From the IMG/VR virus record IMGVR_UViG_3300005937_000002, positions 17,985-81,984 of that record: DNA of 64,000 nucleotides; one strand, given 5' to 3'. Positions 1 to 11,200 of the stretch are shown piece after piece (the first letter of the stretch is position 1; the number at the start of each line of letters is the position of its first letter). A program made the translations under genes and the position numbers. The notes under the pieces are model-generated. The model searched no databases. It saw only the letters and a program-made list of their open reading frames with translations, and was not told where the DNA came from. Source of the DNA: a virus (Duplodnaviria > Caudoviricetes).

Positions 1-69
1 TTCTTTGTTGATCGGCCTGTTCTTGTCAAGCAAAGGATTGGGCACAGGGTCATTGATTTTGCGCGTCAT
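1..69 (-). CDS. N-terminal fragment of next late gene (runs off left edge)
   Basis: ATG at 69-67 just after the collagen gene stop; open frame MTRKINDPVPNPLLDKNRPINKE to the window edge. Confidence 0.5.
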   Translation of the reverse strand, partial: MTRKINDPVPNPLLDKNRPINKE

Positions 70-72
70 GTG

Positions 73-1440
73 TCAGCCCTTCCCTGGCGGACCTGCTGGC
101 CCGCGTTCACCGTCACGCCCATGCCGGCCATCATGGCCGTCACGCCCTTTGCGCACCGCCAACCGCCAATCCTTACTGGCATCCGGCTTGCCATCCGGAT
201 TGTCACACTGCGCCACAAATAATTGACCACCGGCCCAGGTGACACAATCCCCACGCTGATACAGGCGGCCAGATTCAAACACACCACGGTCAACCAGTAT
301 CGGCAGCGTGAAATCAAACACTTTGGCTGGACTACCGTTACGACCAAACTTGAAACGCAATACGCGGTCAGCAACCAGGTCCATGGTCAAATCATCAAAG
401 CCCACACCGTCATGACCATTGACGCGGCCAAGCCGCGCCACCTGGCCATTGCTAAGCGTCAACACCAACTCCCCTGCGCTATCAATCAATGCACCAGCCA
501 CACCTACAGGGGCTGGCAGTGCTGCAAACTTTTGGTCCAAATAAGCCTGCAGCGGTGCTTCAATCACACCGGCCACGTAGCGGCCAACCGCTTCCAAATC
601 TACTTCAGGCGTCAAGCCACGCTCGCCCTGCGCACCGCGTTCACCAGGCAAGCCACGCTCACCTGGCGGACCCATTTCACCAGGCAAGCCACGCGGGCCA
701 GGCAAGCCAACTTCACCAGGTGGGCCAGCTTCACCACGTTCACCAGGCAAGCCGCGTTCACCACGTTCACCGCGTTCACCACGTTCACCGCGTTCACCAG
801 GTGGGCCAACTTCACCAGGTGGGCCAACTTCACCAGGTGGGCCAGCTTCACCGGGTGTACCCGCTTCGCCAACAGCACCGGGTGCTCCTGAAACACCGGG
901 TGCGCCTGGTTCACCTGGTTGCCCTGCTGGCCCTTGTTCACCGGCTGGGCCGGCCGGTCCTGGTGCGCCAGGCTGCCCTGGCTCACCTGATGGCCCTGGT
1001 TCGCCTTGTAAGCCCTGTGGGCCGATTTCACCGGGTGAACCTTGCTCACCCTGCGCGCCAGGCTGCCCTGGCACACCCTGTGGCCCTGGTGGGCCAGCTT
1101 CACCGGCCGGCCCTGGTTCACCCTGCACGCCAGGCTGCCCTGGCACACCCTGCGGGCCTGCTGGGCCACGTTCGCCAGGTGCACCTGATTCACCCGGTGG
1201 GCCGGCATCGCCAGGCAACCCAGCAAGCCCTTGCGGGCCAGGTGGACCGGCTGCACCTGGCACGCCTTGTTCACCAGGTGGGCCGGCCACAGGCGCGCGA
1301 CTTTCCAACGCGGCAATGCGCAAGGCCAACGGTGCAATTGCAGCCGTGATAGCCTGCTGGACTACAGGGGCAAAGCCGGTCGCAAGCGCTTTTATGTCAC
1401 GGTGCTGCATGGTATCCGCAAAGCCTTTTGCAATTCCCAC
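73..1440 (-). CDS. Collagen triple-helix virion protein
   Basis: 75 uninterrupted Gly-X-Y triplets plus C-terminal [17 protein letters not shown]...[12 protein letters not shown] domain; follows portal; true start may be the Met at 1410. Confidence 0.85.
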   Translation of the reverse strand: MGIAKGFADTMQHRDIKALATGFAPVVQQAITAAIAPLALRIAALESRAPVAGPPGEQGVPGAAGPPGPQGLAGLPGDAGPPGESGAPGERGPAGPQGVPGQPGVQGEPGPAGEAGPPGPQGVPGQPGAQGEQGSPGEIGPQGLQGEPGPSGEPGQPGAPGPAGPAGEQGPAGQPGEPGAPGVSGAPGAVGEAGTPGEAGPPGEVGPPGEVGPPGERGERGERGERGERGLPGERGEAGPPGEVGLPGPRGLPGEMGPPGERGLPGERGAQGERGLTPEVDLEAVGRYVAGVIEAPLQAYLDQKFAALPAPVGVAGALIDSAGELVLTLSNGQVARLGRVNGHDGVGFDDLTMDLVADRVLRFKFGRNGSPAKVFDFTLPILVDRGVFESGRLYQRGDCVTWAGGQLFVAQCDNPDGKPDASKDWRLAVRKGRDGHDGRHGRDGERGPAGPPGKG

Positions 1441-2897
1441 GTAGCTTGCTGGGCAACAGCCAGGAACACTAATGCCTTTTCACTGTCAGCCGCTTCTTCA
1501 TCATCATCTGTTTGTTGTTGATCATTGGGCGGTTTGCCATTTGGCGGCGGTGGCGCGTCTGAAGGCGGCGGCTTAGGTGCTGCAGTTTCCGGCTTGCCGA
1601 ATGGGTCTTCCTTGGCGTCACGCTTGGCCAAGGCGGCCAGGCTGAAGTTCTGCTGCTGGAGGTAAGGCGAATTGCCGCCAGGCACAGGGCCAAGGTTCAT
1701 GCGTGCGCGGGCTTCATTGGGTGACTTGAAGCCACCGCCAACCGCTTTGGCTTCCGCCTCATACATGGACTGAGTGTCCATGCGCAGCAAATCATCCAAA
1801 TCAAACCAGGTGCCGTAGTAATGCTCGGCATTGTCAACCAGGCCTAGGCCTTCATCCAAACCAAGTTCAATAGCCTCAAAATATTTCTGCAGCGTTTGTG
1901 AATAGTACTGCTGGTTCAGGGCTTCAATGTTGTTGTAGCTTGGCGGATTGCCGACGCCGATCATGTGCGGCGGCACGCCAAAGGCGGAGCAAACCATCTG
2001 TGCCGTGATGCCCAGTTGTTCAATCAATTGCGCATCATCAGCGGTCATGGACATAGGCTCAAACTTCAAGCCGCTGCCCAGCACTGCAATCCGGCCGCTG
2101 TTGTCACCGCTGAATTCATTGGTCCATTGTTCCTTCAAACGTTTGACAATGTCCTCCTTGATTTCACCGGGTGCCGTCAAAATGCCGCTCGGCACACTGC
2201 GGTTTTGAAAGAACGTTGTTGAACTTGATTGAATGCTCTTGCCGTGGTTTGCGGCCATAGCAGCACTGGCCAGCGGCGGCACGCCGCACAGCGGGTGATA
2301 TTTCACCGTCATCATGTCGTGAATGATTTCTGACTGCGGCACTAACTTTTCAATGTCTATACCGCTGACAACATCAGTACCCAATTCATAATAAACGTCA
2401 CCGGCCGGTGTTTGCCACACCCTGACCCTGCGCGGGTCCAATATGTGCATGGCAATCACCACATTGCGATTGTCACGCTCCTTCAACACGTAGGTATTGC
2501 CGGCCATCAATTTGCTCAGCACCCAATTCTCATAGAACTGAATACGGTTTTGATATTGGTTGGGCTTGCGTATCACAGGGCTGAAGGCGGCAACCTGGAC
2601 TTCCTTCCAGATGGCTTGGCTGTCTTGTTCAACCAGGCGCAGCCGGCACTTGCCAACGTCACTGGCGATGCGCTCCATGCAGGCATACACCGCATAGAAT
2701 ATCATCAAGCTGTCAGGTGCCGCCGCAATGTCACGCTGCCAGGCACCTGTGTAAGGTTCACGCACGACTGGGAACCACCAATTACCGCGATCTGCCGGCA
2801 CTGAACTAATAAAACTGTCAACGCCACGCGTCGGCGGTGGCGGTGCCGCCTTGATCAACGCACCATAAGCGTCAACTAACTGAGGGCGATCAACCAT
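1392..2897 (-). CDS. Portal protein, HK97 family
   Basis: [73 protein letters not shown] motifs. Confidence 0.95.
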   Translation of the reverse strand: MVDRPQLVDAYGALIKAAPPPPTRGVDSFISSVPADRGNWWFPVVREPYTGAWQRDIAAAPDSLMIFYAVYACMERIASDVGKCRLRLVEQDSQAIWKEVQVAAFSPVIRKPNQYQNRIQFYENWVLSKLMAGNTYVLKERDNRNVVIAMHILDPRRVRVWQTPAGDVYYELGTDVVSGIDIEKLVPQSEIIHDMMTVKYHPLCGVPPLASAAMAANHGKSIQSSSTTFFQNRSVPSGILTAPGEIKEDIVKRLKEQWTNEFSGDNSGRIAVLGSGLKFEPMSMTADDAQLIEQLGITAQMVCSAFGVPPHMIGVGNPPSYNNIEALNQQYYSQTLQKYFEAIELGLDEGLGLVDNAEHYYGTWFDLDDLLRMDTQSMYEAEAKAVGGGFKSPNEARARMNLGPVPGGNSPYLQQQNFSLAALAKRDAKEDPFGKPETAAPKPPPSDAPPPPNGKPPNDQQQTDDDEEAADSEKALVFLAVAQQATWELQKALRIPCSTVT

Positions 2898-2899
2898 TG

Positions 2900-3145
2900 T
2901 TATTTGTCCGCGCGCAAGTCACTGCGATTGTAACTGCCAGGGTCAGGCTCGGCCTTGCGGCCTTTGCGCGGCTGCGGCGGCTGCGGCAAAGGTGTTTCTG
3001 CACGTTGCGCCAGGCCAAACAATGCCCAGCGATCAGTGTCAACGTCCGGCACTTCAAACTCATCGCCGGCATTCAAGCGGCGGCCTTGATAGCTGAATGA
3101 GCGCCCTTGGCTCACAACCATCTTGACTGTTTGCTGTTTGGCCAT
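2900..3145 (-). CDS. Small head-associated hypothetical protein
   Basis: 81-aa ORF packed between capsid and portal genes. Confidence 0.65.
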   Translation of the reverse strand: MAKQQTVKMVVSQGRSFSYQGRRLNAGDEFEVPDVDTDRWALFGLAQRAETPLPQPPQPRKGRKAEPDPGSYNRSDLRADK

Positions 3146-3235
3146 TGTTAGTTACCTTTTTAGTTAGTGGGAGGCATGTTTGCGGGCATAGCCTCCCACC
3201 ATGGTTCGGCTGCTAGCGCACAGCCGGGGAGTTTG

Positions 3236-5368
3236 TTACGCGTACTTGGCACCATCAATCCAGGCAACGCTGTTGTTGCGCCTGCGCTTCCAATTGATGT
3301 AGCGCTCCGCCTTGATGCCAACCATGTTGGCCTGCCACAAGCTAACAAACACAGTGGTGGCAGTGGCAGGATTGTCCGGAGCACTGTCCATCTGCAAGCT
3401 GGCTTCACGGCTGGCGTCAATGGTCACGGTGCCATCGTCCGCCAGCAAAATGTCACTCGCCAACGCCAGGATCATCGGGTAGCCGTTGGCCGGCACACCG
3501 CCCTTGGGCGGCAAGTTCTCACTGGCCACCACCGGGACACCGTCCAAGGTGCCGCCATTGATACCGATGCCGGGGAACTGCGGCTGCCCAAGCGGGTTCT
3601 GCATCATGCTGATGCGCAACGCCTGCGCCTGCGTCATGATCCACACGGCACTGCCAACTGACAGGTTGGCACCAAGGAAGCTGGCCAGCAGCGTACTGAT
3701 GTCCGCACGCAAAGCGGCAGCGTCATTACCGCTGGGCGTGATACCGGTGATGCCGTTGGTGATGCTGGCTGGTGAAACGGCAGTGGCCGCCTTGGCCGGA
3801 TCAACAAATTCACGGTCCATGAACTGCACGATGGCCGCCGCCAGGTCATTGCGCACCAGGCTTTCAGCACTGGGATTGCTCAAGCGCACAAGTTCTTCAG
3901 TCAACGCCACGATGCCGGCAATCTTTGAAATGTCCAGCACGATGCTGCTGAATGCCAAAGCACTCACCGGCTTGGGTGCGCCTTCACCAACCCAGCCGAC
4001 GCTTGCGCCGCCGGTCTGTGCCGGCACCTTCACCTTGAACGGCACCTTGGTCAGCCCAGGGATGCGCCCGATGATCGTGGCCGGCCGCAGCAGTTCAATG
4101 AATTCACTGGTCAGAATTTGATAGTTCACCAGCGGGCCAGCCCAGGCCGGATCAGTAGTTGTGCCGGCAGCCACCGCGGCTTTCAACACGTCAGCAATCT
4201 CAGGCGTCTCCGCCATCCATTGCGCATTATTCTTGGCCACTTCAAAGGCCTGCATCAAGTTGCCCTGCGCACGTGCCAATGCAATCACATAGCGCGCAAA
4301 AGCAATGCCCTTTTCTACAGGCTTGGGCGCACGCACGACAACACGCGGCTGCACTGTAATGATGCTGCCGTCACCACCATCGCCATTGCTGCGGCTGCGG
4401 GTGGCTTCATCGTAGCTGTCGCCCTTTACTTGTTTGGCCGCCGCCAGGTTCATGCGCTCCAAGCCGCGCAGCCGCGTCAAGTGTTCATCAACTGACTTCA
4501 CTTCACGCTCAAGCGTATCATACTCCTCCTGGCCGGTGGTGTCCAGCGTTTCAGACTTTTCACCGCTGGCAAGTAGGAGCTCTTCCATGCGTGCCGCCTT
4601 GGCTGAACGCGTGGCCTCAAACGCGGAAACCTGTTCCGCAATGGTGCGCTTCGTCATAGTTGATTTTCCCGTTGTTAGTTTGACAACTGGTAACGTGATA
4701 GCCCTGGCAGCAAGCTGCCTTCGCTTAGCCCGCCGGAAAACCATGTTGATGGTTTCCTGTGAAATACCCAAAGCCTTGAATGTTTGTAGCGAATTAGGGT
4801 TAGCTGGGATGGGGACCAAACTTGTTTCAACCAGTTCTTGTTTTGTGTAGCGCCTGTTCCATTTGTTTTCTTCATCAATTGGTTCAGAGGCCAGCGGCTT
4901 GAAACCAACGCTGACTGCACGGATTACCTTTTGTTTGACCAACGCACGGATTTCATCAATGCGCGGTGACGTGCCAGGTGCCGCCAGCACCAGTTGACCG
5001 CGCAAGGCGTCATCTTCAATGCGCAGGTTCTTCCAAGTGCCTACAGGCCAGTCTGAATTATGATTGAACAACGCGATAGGGTTGCGCTTGAAGTTGCTCA
5101 ACACCCAGCCATTGGGGTCAATAATGTCACCCATGCGGTCAACGCTGCCGTCGCTGAGAATGTACTCCAACTTGTCCGGGTCATTGGTGGCTGGCTTCAT
5201 GCTGGTTTTATGCACAATGCCGGTAACGGAGGCTGACTTGTTGTCCCAGCGCATGCTGCAAACAGCATAGGCCTCATCCTCATCCAGGCCTTCATCATCC
5301 ATTAGTTGTTCAGTGCAATCATCCAGGTACTCGTCCTCGTCATCATAGTCTTCCGGGTCAAGCGGCAT
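3236..5368 (-). CDS. Fused HK97-type prohead protease + major capsid protein
   Basis: N-terminal protease motifs (DRMGDII, NPIALFNH, AVSVGF, ELVETSLVPIPAN); C-terminal HK97 capsid motifs (WVGEGAPKP, KIAGIVALTEELV, ASLQMDSAP); AGGAGG RBS. Confidence 0.93.
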   Translation of the reverse strand: MPLDPEDYDDEDEYLDDCTEQLMDDEGLDEDEAYAVCSMRWDNKSASVTGIVHKTSMKPATNDPDKLEYILSDGSVDRMGDIIDPNGWVLSNFKRNPIALFNHNSDWPVGTWKNLRIEDDALRGQLVLAAPGTSPRIDEIRALVKQKVIRAVSVGFKPLASEPIDEENKWNRRYTKQELVETSLVPIPANPNSLQTFKALGISQETINMVFRRAKRRQLAARAITLPVVKLTTGKSTMTKRTIAEQVSAFEATRSAKAARMEELLLASGEKSETLDTTGQEEYDTLEREVKSVDEHLTRLRGLERMNLAAAKQVKGDSYDEATRSRSNGDGGDGSIITVQPRVVVRAPKPVEKGIAFARYVIALARAQGNLMQAFEVAKNNAQWMAETPEIADVLKAAVAAGTTTDPAWAGPLVNYQILTSEFIELLRPATIIGRIPGLTKVPFKVKVPAQTGGASVGWVGEGAPKPVSALAFSSIVLDISKIAGIVALTEELVRLSNPSAESLVRNDLAAAIVQFMDREFVDPAKAATAVSPASITNGITGITPSGNDAAALRADISTLLASFLGANLSVGSAVWIMTQAQALRISMMQNPLGQPQFPGIGINGGTLDGVPVVASENLPPKGGVPANGYPMILALASDILLADDGTVTIDASREASLQMDSAPDNPATATTVFVSLWQANMVGIKAERYINWKRRRNNSVAWIDGAKYA

Positions 5369-5490
5369 GACTGCCTCCTAACTAATTGTGAAGAAAGGCT
5401 GCCAGGCCACCACCATGATAATGGCCTGGCAGGTGGCAGGCGCGCAGGCCATCGCAAGGGGCGACAAGGATGGTTGTGCGGCCTGATCAC

Positions 5491-7128
5491 TCACGCGATG
5501 ACAAACATCTGATAGCTAGGCTCGGCAACGTGCACCTGCACATTGCTGGTGATGCTCAGCGCCATGGCCAGCGCCACCATGCCGTCAATGCGCCCGACGC
5601 TACGGTTCTTAGCCAGCTTGCGGTTGCCGTTAGGATCACTGATCACTACCGCATTTTGCGCGCACATGTTCATTACAGGGTGCATGCCATGCGCAAGGCG
5701 ACTGTTCAGAATGGCAGTTTCCAACTCACGCAGTGCCGGTGACATTGCGGAAAAGTTCTGGCCAAATTCAACAAACAAACTTTCCACCTGCGCTTCACTC
5801 ATGCCGGCTTTCACCAGCCACGGTCTGAATGTCTTAAAATTCCATTTGTCAAAGGCAATGGCTTTGATGGGCAAGCCCTTGTCAAGCAACTTCACAATGT
5901 GGTCAGCAACATATTCATATTCTATGCTGCGGCCTGGCACGGTGATCAGATTGTTGTGCTTGGCCCACAGGTCATACGGCACACGATCAACGCGGCTGCG
6001 CTCATGCAAACCTTCATGCGGCAGCCAAAACGTAGGGTGCACCTGCCACTTGGCCGCGGTATCAGGCTTCTGCACCAACACCAGGGCGGTCAAGTCATTC
6101 ACAGCGCTCAGGTCCAGGCCGCCGTAGATAGGCTCCTGATAATTCAGCGCTATTGTTTGTTCACCGCAAGCCTTCCAGGTGGCCACGCTGATGAACGGTG
6201 ATTGGGCTTCCACACGTTGATTGAGCACCAGGTTACGGTATTCATTTTCACGTGCCGGCATGCGCTTGGCATTCTCAGCCATGTTCATGACTTCCTTAGC
6301 TGTTTGGAAGTCACCATAGGCAGGATTGGCCTTGCGTATGTTAGCCTCAACAAACGGGTCGTCTTCAGGCGGCGTGGTGTACAGCTTCACCACCGTTTTA
6401 GGATCATGGCCGGCCAACGCGTCATCAATCAATATGCTCAACAGGTCACCGTCATTGGGTGCTTGCGTTGAAATAATGATTGATAGCGGGTCTTCCTGGG
6501 CGGCGGTGGCAGTTTCCAACGCTTCATACAGGGGGGATGTCGGGCCGCGCACCTGGCCGAGCTCATCATGAATGATAAACCGCGGCGACAAGCCATATGC
6601 CGTGGTGGCTTCAGCACTCAGCGCACGGTAAGTGTTGCCGCACAGTTTGAAAAACAACTCCTTGCGGGTATCACGCACGCTGACGCATTGCTCAAGTATC
6701 TGGCTCATCCGCACCATCTTGGCGGCCAGGCCGAACACCAAGCTGGCTTGCTCACGTGATTGCGCGGCGCTGAATAGCTGACTGTTGACGCCACGCTCCG
6801 GGCCGCACAGGTGCGTGAGCACAAGCATAGCGGCCAACGCGGTCTTGCCGTTCTTGCGACCAAAGCTGAGTATCGCCCGCCGGGTGCCGTGTGGGTTGTC
6901 ATAGATTTCAAGTATTGCTTCACGCTGCCACGGCCGCAGCACCACCATCTGCGCTACTTGTTTGCCTTCCGGCACATACAATGTTTCCTCAATCCACGTG
7001 ATGACCTTTTCACCACGTGTTTGCTGGTTCCAAGGCTTCACCTTGGGCTTTGCCGGCTTTTGTTTGACCGGCTTTGCCGGCTTGGTCTTGGCCGGCTTAA
7101 GCGGTTTTGTTTTGTACTTACGCTGCAT
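5491..7128 (-). CDS. terL: Terminase large subunit
   Basis: Walker A GRKNGKT, Walker B IIHDE, nuclease GLDLS..NDLTA and RIDGMVALAMA. Confidence 0.95.
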   Translation of the reverse strand: MQRKYKTKPLKPAKTKPAKPVKQKPAKPKVKPWNQQTRGEKVITWIEETLYVPEGKQVAQMVVLRPWQREAILEIYDNPHGTRRAILSFGRKNGKTALAAMLVLTHLCGPERGVNSQLFSAAQSREQASLVFGLAAKMVRMSQILEQCVSVRDTRKELFFKLCGNTYRALSAEATTAYGLSPRFIIHDELGQVRGPTSPLYEALETATAAQEDPLSIIISTQAPNDGDLLSILIDDALAGHDPKTVVKLYTTPPEDDPFVEANIRKANPAYGDFQTAKEVMNMAENAKRMPARENEYRNLVLNQRVEAQSPFISVATWKACGEQTIALNYQEPIYGGLDLSAVNDLTALVLVQKPDTAAKWQVHPTFWLPHEGLHERSRVDRVPYDLWAKHNNLITVPGRSIEYEYVADHIVKLLDKGLPIKAIAFDKWNFKTFRPWLVKAGMSEAQVESLFVEFGQNFSAMSPALRELETAILNSRLAHGMHPVMNMCAQNAVVISDPNGNRKLAKNRSVGRIDGMVALAMALSITSNVQVHVAEPSYQMFVIA

Positions 7129-7570
7129 GCTTCATTGGGTCCATCACAGTGGACGACCTATTACCATTTTCCATAGGGTCTGATGAACCTGATGGCTTAT
7201 GGCGATTGATAGCTGAATGCTTGATAATAGAATGCTGACTTAAGCGCATAACCTGCTGCAGCCTAGCAATCATTCTACTTTCAACCTGACGCTGACGCAC
7301 CACACGCATGTACAATGACGTTTTATCATTACCCCTTGACCGCATTTCATTCATTGTCTTAGTTAGGCTTCTCAGGGTGCTGATATGACAACAAAGCTGT
7401 TCTAACAATATGCAGTTGGCCTCACTAAACCAGTTGACCGGCATGGTATTAATCACCTTATTCCATTCAGCACTTTCTTCAGCCGTTAAGTGCTTTGGCG
7501 GTGCCATGCGCTTATGCAATTTAGTTTTTAAGACTGGTTCAACCTGATCAAACTTTGTAGGGCGGCCCAT
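7118..7570 (-). CDS. terS: Terminase small subunit
   Basis: 150-aa ORF overlapping the terL start; PPKHLT.EE..EW..V motif typical of P27-like small terminases. Confidence 0.75.
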   Translation of the reverse strand: MGRPTKFDQVEPVLKTKLHKRMAPPKHLTAEESAEWNKVINTMPVNWFSEANCILLEQLCCHISTLRSLTKTMNEMRSRGNDKTSLYMRVVRQRQVESRMIARLQQVMRLSQHSIIKHSAINRHKPSGSSDPMENGNRSSTVMDPMKHAA

Positions 7571-7850
7571 GGTATTTTACTCGTACTTTTCTGCTCTTAC
7601 TTTTTAGGAATTGGCCCGAAAGTCCCAGATGGGGGCTTACGCGCTTTCTGGCGGTCCTACAACAAATAGTTCCCCCCGGTCATTTGTTGTTGCGACCACC
7701 CTTTCTATTTGTTGATGTTTGATATTTTTTCCGGCCATCCCCGAGGCAATGCGCCGAGGCCTGCCACTTTGTTTGATCATCGGAGAGAACATATCATCAT
7801 TCCTTTGTTGTTGAAGGGGACCCATCATTGACCCTAGGCCAAGCCGGCCA
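7571..7850. other. Non-coding gap upstream of terS, possible packaging (cos) site or promoter region
   Basis: No convincing ORF; G/C runs; this position upstream of terS is where cos usually lies in HK97-like phages (inference). Confidence 0.3.
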
Positions 7851-7852
7851 GG

Positions 7853-8212
7853 TCAGCGCGGTGTGATCAGGTTCGGCTTCACTTTCACTTTTCCGACTAA
7901 GGGTGTGCCTACCGTGCCGTCAGCCAATGTTACCTGCGCTTCGTGGTAATAGCTACCGTCAAATCCCGCAGTGTCAGCCGGCTGCAGATTTACGATAAAT
8001 GACCCATCGGCTAATTCTATTTGGCCTGCGCCTGACGTTTTAGTTACAAGCACTGACGCGTCAGGGTCTTTCTTCCAATCTGATTTTGCCAATTGCCAAG
8101 TCACCGAGCCTCCAATCAAATCAACATCAATACCATCCTGGTCAACAACAGTCACAATCAGTTTACGTGTATCACCTGCATACATTTCAAAATCAGTTTT
8201 AGGGGTAGCCAT
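7853..8212 (-). CDS. Small Ig-like virion protein (BppU N-terminal-like)
   Basis: Beta-rich pattern GDT..L.VTV.D.DG..VDL.G..., YYHEAQVT; loosely resembles 60136..60537. Confidence 0.55.
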   Translation of the reverse strand: MATPKTDFEMYAGDTRKLIVTVVDQDGIDVDLIGGSVTWQLAKSDWKKDPDASVLVTKTSGAGQIELADGSFIVNLQPADTAGFDGSYYHEAQVTLADGTVGTPLVGKVKVKPNLITPR

Positions 8213-8213
8213 A

Positions 8214-11200
8214 TCAGGCTGCCTGCTTTAGTTCATATTCATACAGGTGCAGTGTAGTAGTAAGCGGTGTGGCCATAACCATCACACCACCAAGGTCACT
8301 ACTGCCATCCCATATAGTGGCCAACCTAGTAGTATGTTCAACAACAGTAACACCCATGTACACAGTGCTATCAATCACTGTATCAAACTCAACTGCTATA
8401 GCTGCAGCAGTATCAATGCTAGCATCAACAACACTGCCACTATTGTTAGCTGTATGCACCATGGTGACTGACAGTTGCTCAGCATGGGTCACCACACCAC
8501 TAAGGTTACTGTGTGCAGGTAGCTGTACGCTCAACCTAGTAGCACGCTCAAATATAACATCAGAATAAATCGCCCTTTCAATATCAACACTGAATTCAAC
8601 CGGTGCAATGACAACCTGCCAATATACATGCTCAAGCGTATCATCACGAATATCATCAAACACATATCCATCAGAAACAATGTTTGCACTATGTGCAACC
8701 AGTGTACCGTCACCATAATTGATTGGTGCAACAAATCCACTGATGTACGCTGCACGTGCAGCAATATCACCAAACGCTACAGCCTCACTGTATGCAGTAC
8801 CACTAGCTTGCGCATAATCAACAAATAGTGCACCTGCACCAGCCCATGCTGTATAAGCAATTGCAAAAATCGCGACATTGTTTGAAACAAGCGTACCTGT
8901 GGCAATACTGATAATTTGCCCTTGACCTACAACGGTAGCTACCTGTGCTGGCAGTATTCCTGCATTTGGTGCAAGCAATGCACCTGCACCTGCAGCACTA
9001 TGTGTTTGTTGTGTTAGTACGCCATCACCAACACTCATACCAACAATATTACTAATAATTGCTGCAGGCTGACTTTGTAACGTACCTACACCATCACTGC
9101 TGATAAGGCCTGCACCAACAGCCGCTGCAGCCCTTGTTTGCAGCACACCACTAGAAATACTGACACTATATCCAATACCAATTATTTTTGCACTTTGTGC
9201 AGCCAGGTCACCAGTACCTGCACTCCACTCAATACCAGTACCGGCAACGGCTGCTGCACTAGCTGCTAGTGCACCACTGCCAACACTCAGGCCAATAATT
9301 GTACCGGATACAGCCGCACGCTCAGCTACCAGTGCACCTGTACCGATATCCCTACCAACACTTGTACCGTCAGCAGATGCAGGCTGCACAACCAGCATAC
9401 CAGTGGCAAGGCTAATACCATGACCGGATGCAGCCATACTAACAGATTGCGCTGCAAGCGTTGCTGTAGTGGCCAACGCCATGCTGGTGCCGGCACCGGA
9501 AAGCGTACTAACAGATGTGGCCAGTGCAGCAGTGACACTTTCACTAGCTACTACACCAACACCAACAATTACTGAATTCTGAGCAAACAAATCACCATAG
9601 GCGTTGGTGACCAAGCTAGTATCAGCATGGAATATATCAGAAGCCTCAGTAGCAGCCAATGTGCCACTAATCGCAACTTTACCAGTAGCAACAAATATAT
9701 CAGGTGCTTCCGCTGCTATCAGCGTACCGGTGACTGCTACAGTGCCAGAGGCAAGGAATACGTCAGGTGCTTCAACCGCAAACAGGAACCCACCTGTAAT
9801 GGTCAAGCCTGTGCCGGCAAATACGTCAGGCTCCTCAGTGGCAGCCAATATGCCCTGAGATGGCACTGCACCACTAAAGGCCACAGTATCAGCACCCTCT
9901 ACGGCCGCAAACGTCGCCAGGCGACCTAGCAAGCCGGCAAGGGCTGCTGTATCGGCAGCCTCAGTGGCACCTAGCGTGCCAGTGACCGCAACCTGGCCTA
10001 CAGCGGCAAAACTGTCCGCAGTCTCAATAGCAGCCAGCGCACCAGTGACTTTTATCGTACCTGTACCAGCAAATACATCAACAGCCTCAGTAGCCGCCAA
10101 TACACCAGAAACTATAATCTTGCCTGCACCGACAAAACTATCAGCAGCTTCAATTGCTGCCAGCGCACCGGTATGACCAATCTGACCATCAAACAGTGCA
10201 ACATCAGCAAATTCAACAGCAACCAGCGTACCAGCAATTTGCGCAGTACCTACAGCAACAAATACGTCCGCAGCTTCAGTAGCTGCTAGCACACCAGCTA
10301 TTGGCAGCGTACCTGTGCCTGCAAATACATCATCCGCTTCAGTAGCAAACAATGTACCGGCAACGCGCACCTGGCCTGCAGCATCAAACGCATCAGCAGC
10401 TTCAGCAGCAGCCAATGTACCGGCAATTGCGACTGTGCCAGCAATAGCGGCAACGTCCACAGCCTCAATAGCAACCAATGTACCAACAATTGGAATTATG
10501 CCAGTAGCGGCAAAAGCGTCAGCATCCTCGAGCGCGCCAAGCGTACCACTAATTGACACCACGCCTGTGCCGGCAAATGCGTCAGAGGCCTCAGTGGCAA
10601 ACAGGGCACCGGTAACAGGCACCACGCCTGTAGCCACAAACTCATCTGCAGCTTCAGTGGTCGTCAATGTGCCGGTGATTACCGTGCCGGCAATAAAGTT
10701 GGCAACGTCCGGCGCTTCAAGAGCAGCCAATGTACCAACAATTGGGATTGTGCCTGTAGCGGCAAATATATCCGCAGCTTCCGTAGCAGCCAGCACACCA
10801 GCAATTGGTAACGTGCCTGTACCGGCAAATGCGTCAGTGCCTTCCGTTGCAAGCAATGCACCGGCAATACGCACTGCACCTGCAGCATCAAACACGTCGG
10901 CCGCTTCAACAGCAGCCAGCGTACCAACAACTTGGATTGTGCCTGTAGCGACAAATACGTCCGCAGCTTCCGTAGCAATCAATGTGCCGCTGACTACGGT
11001 GCCAGCAGTGAAGTACGCAACGTCCACAGCTTCAGTAGCTGCCAGCGTACCAACTATTTGAACATTGCCGGCAAACGCTGCAGTGTCTGTAGCTTCAGCA
11101 GCAGCCAATGTGCCACTGATCTTGACGCTGCCGGTAAAGGCTGCGGTGTCAGCAACTTCAATAGCTGCCAACACACCAGCAATCGGAACGATGCCGGCAA

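Noticed and set aside
66-1349. Long alternative-frame and antisense ORFs over the collagen gene (also over 8.2-12.2 kb, 47.8-48.7 kb and others)
   Set aside because: Shadow ORFs produced by repetitive GC-rich codons lacking stops; no RBS or recognisable domains
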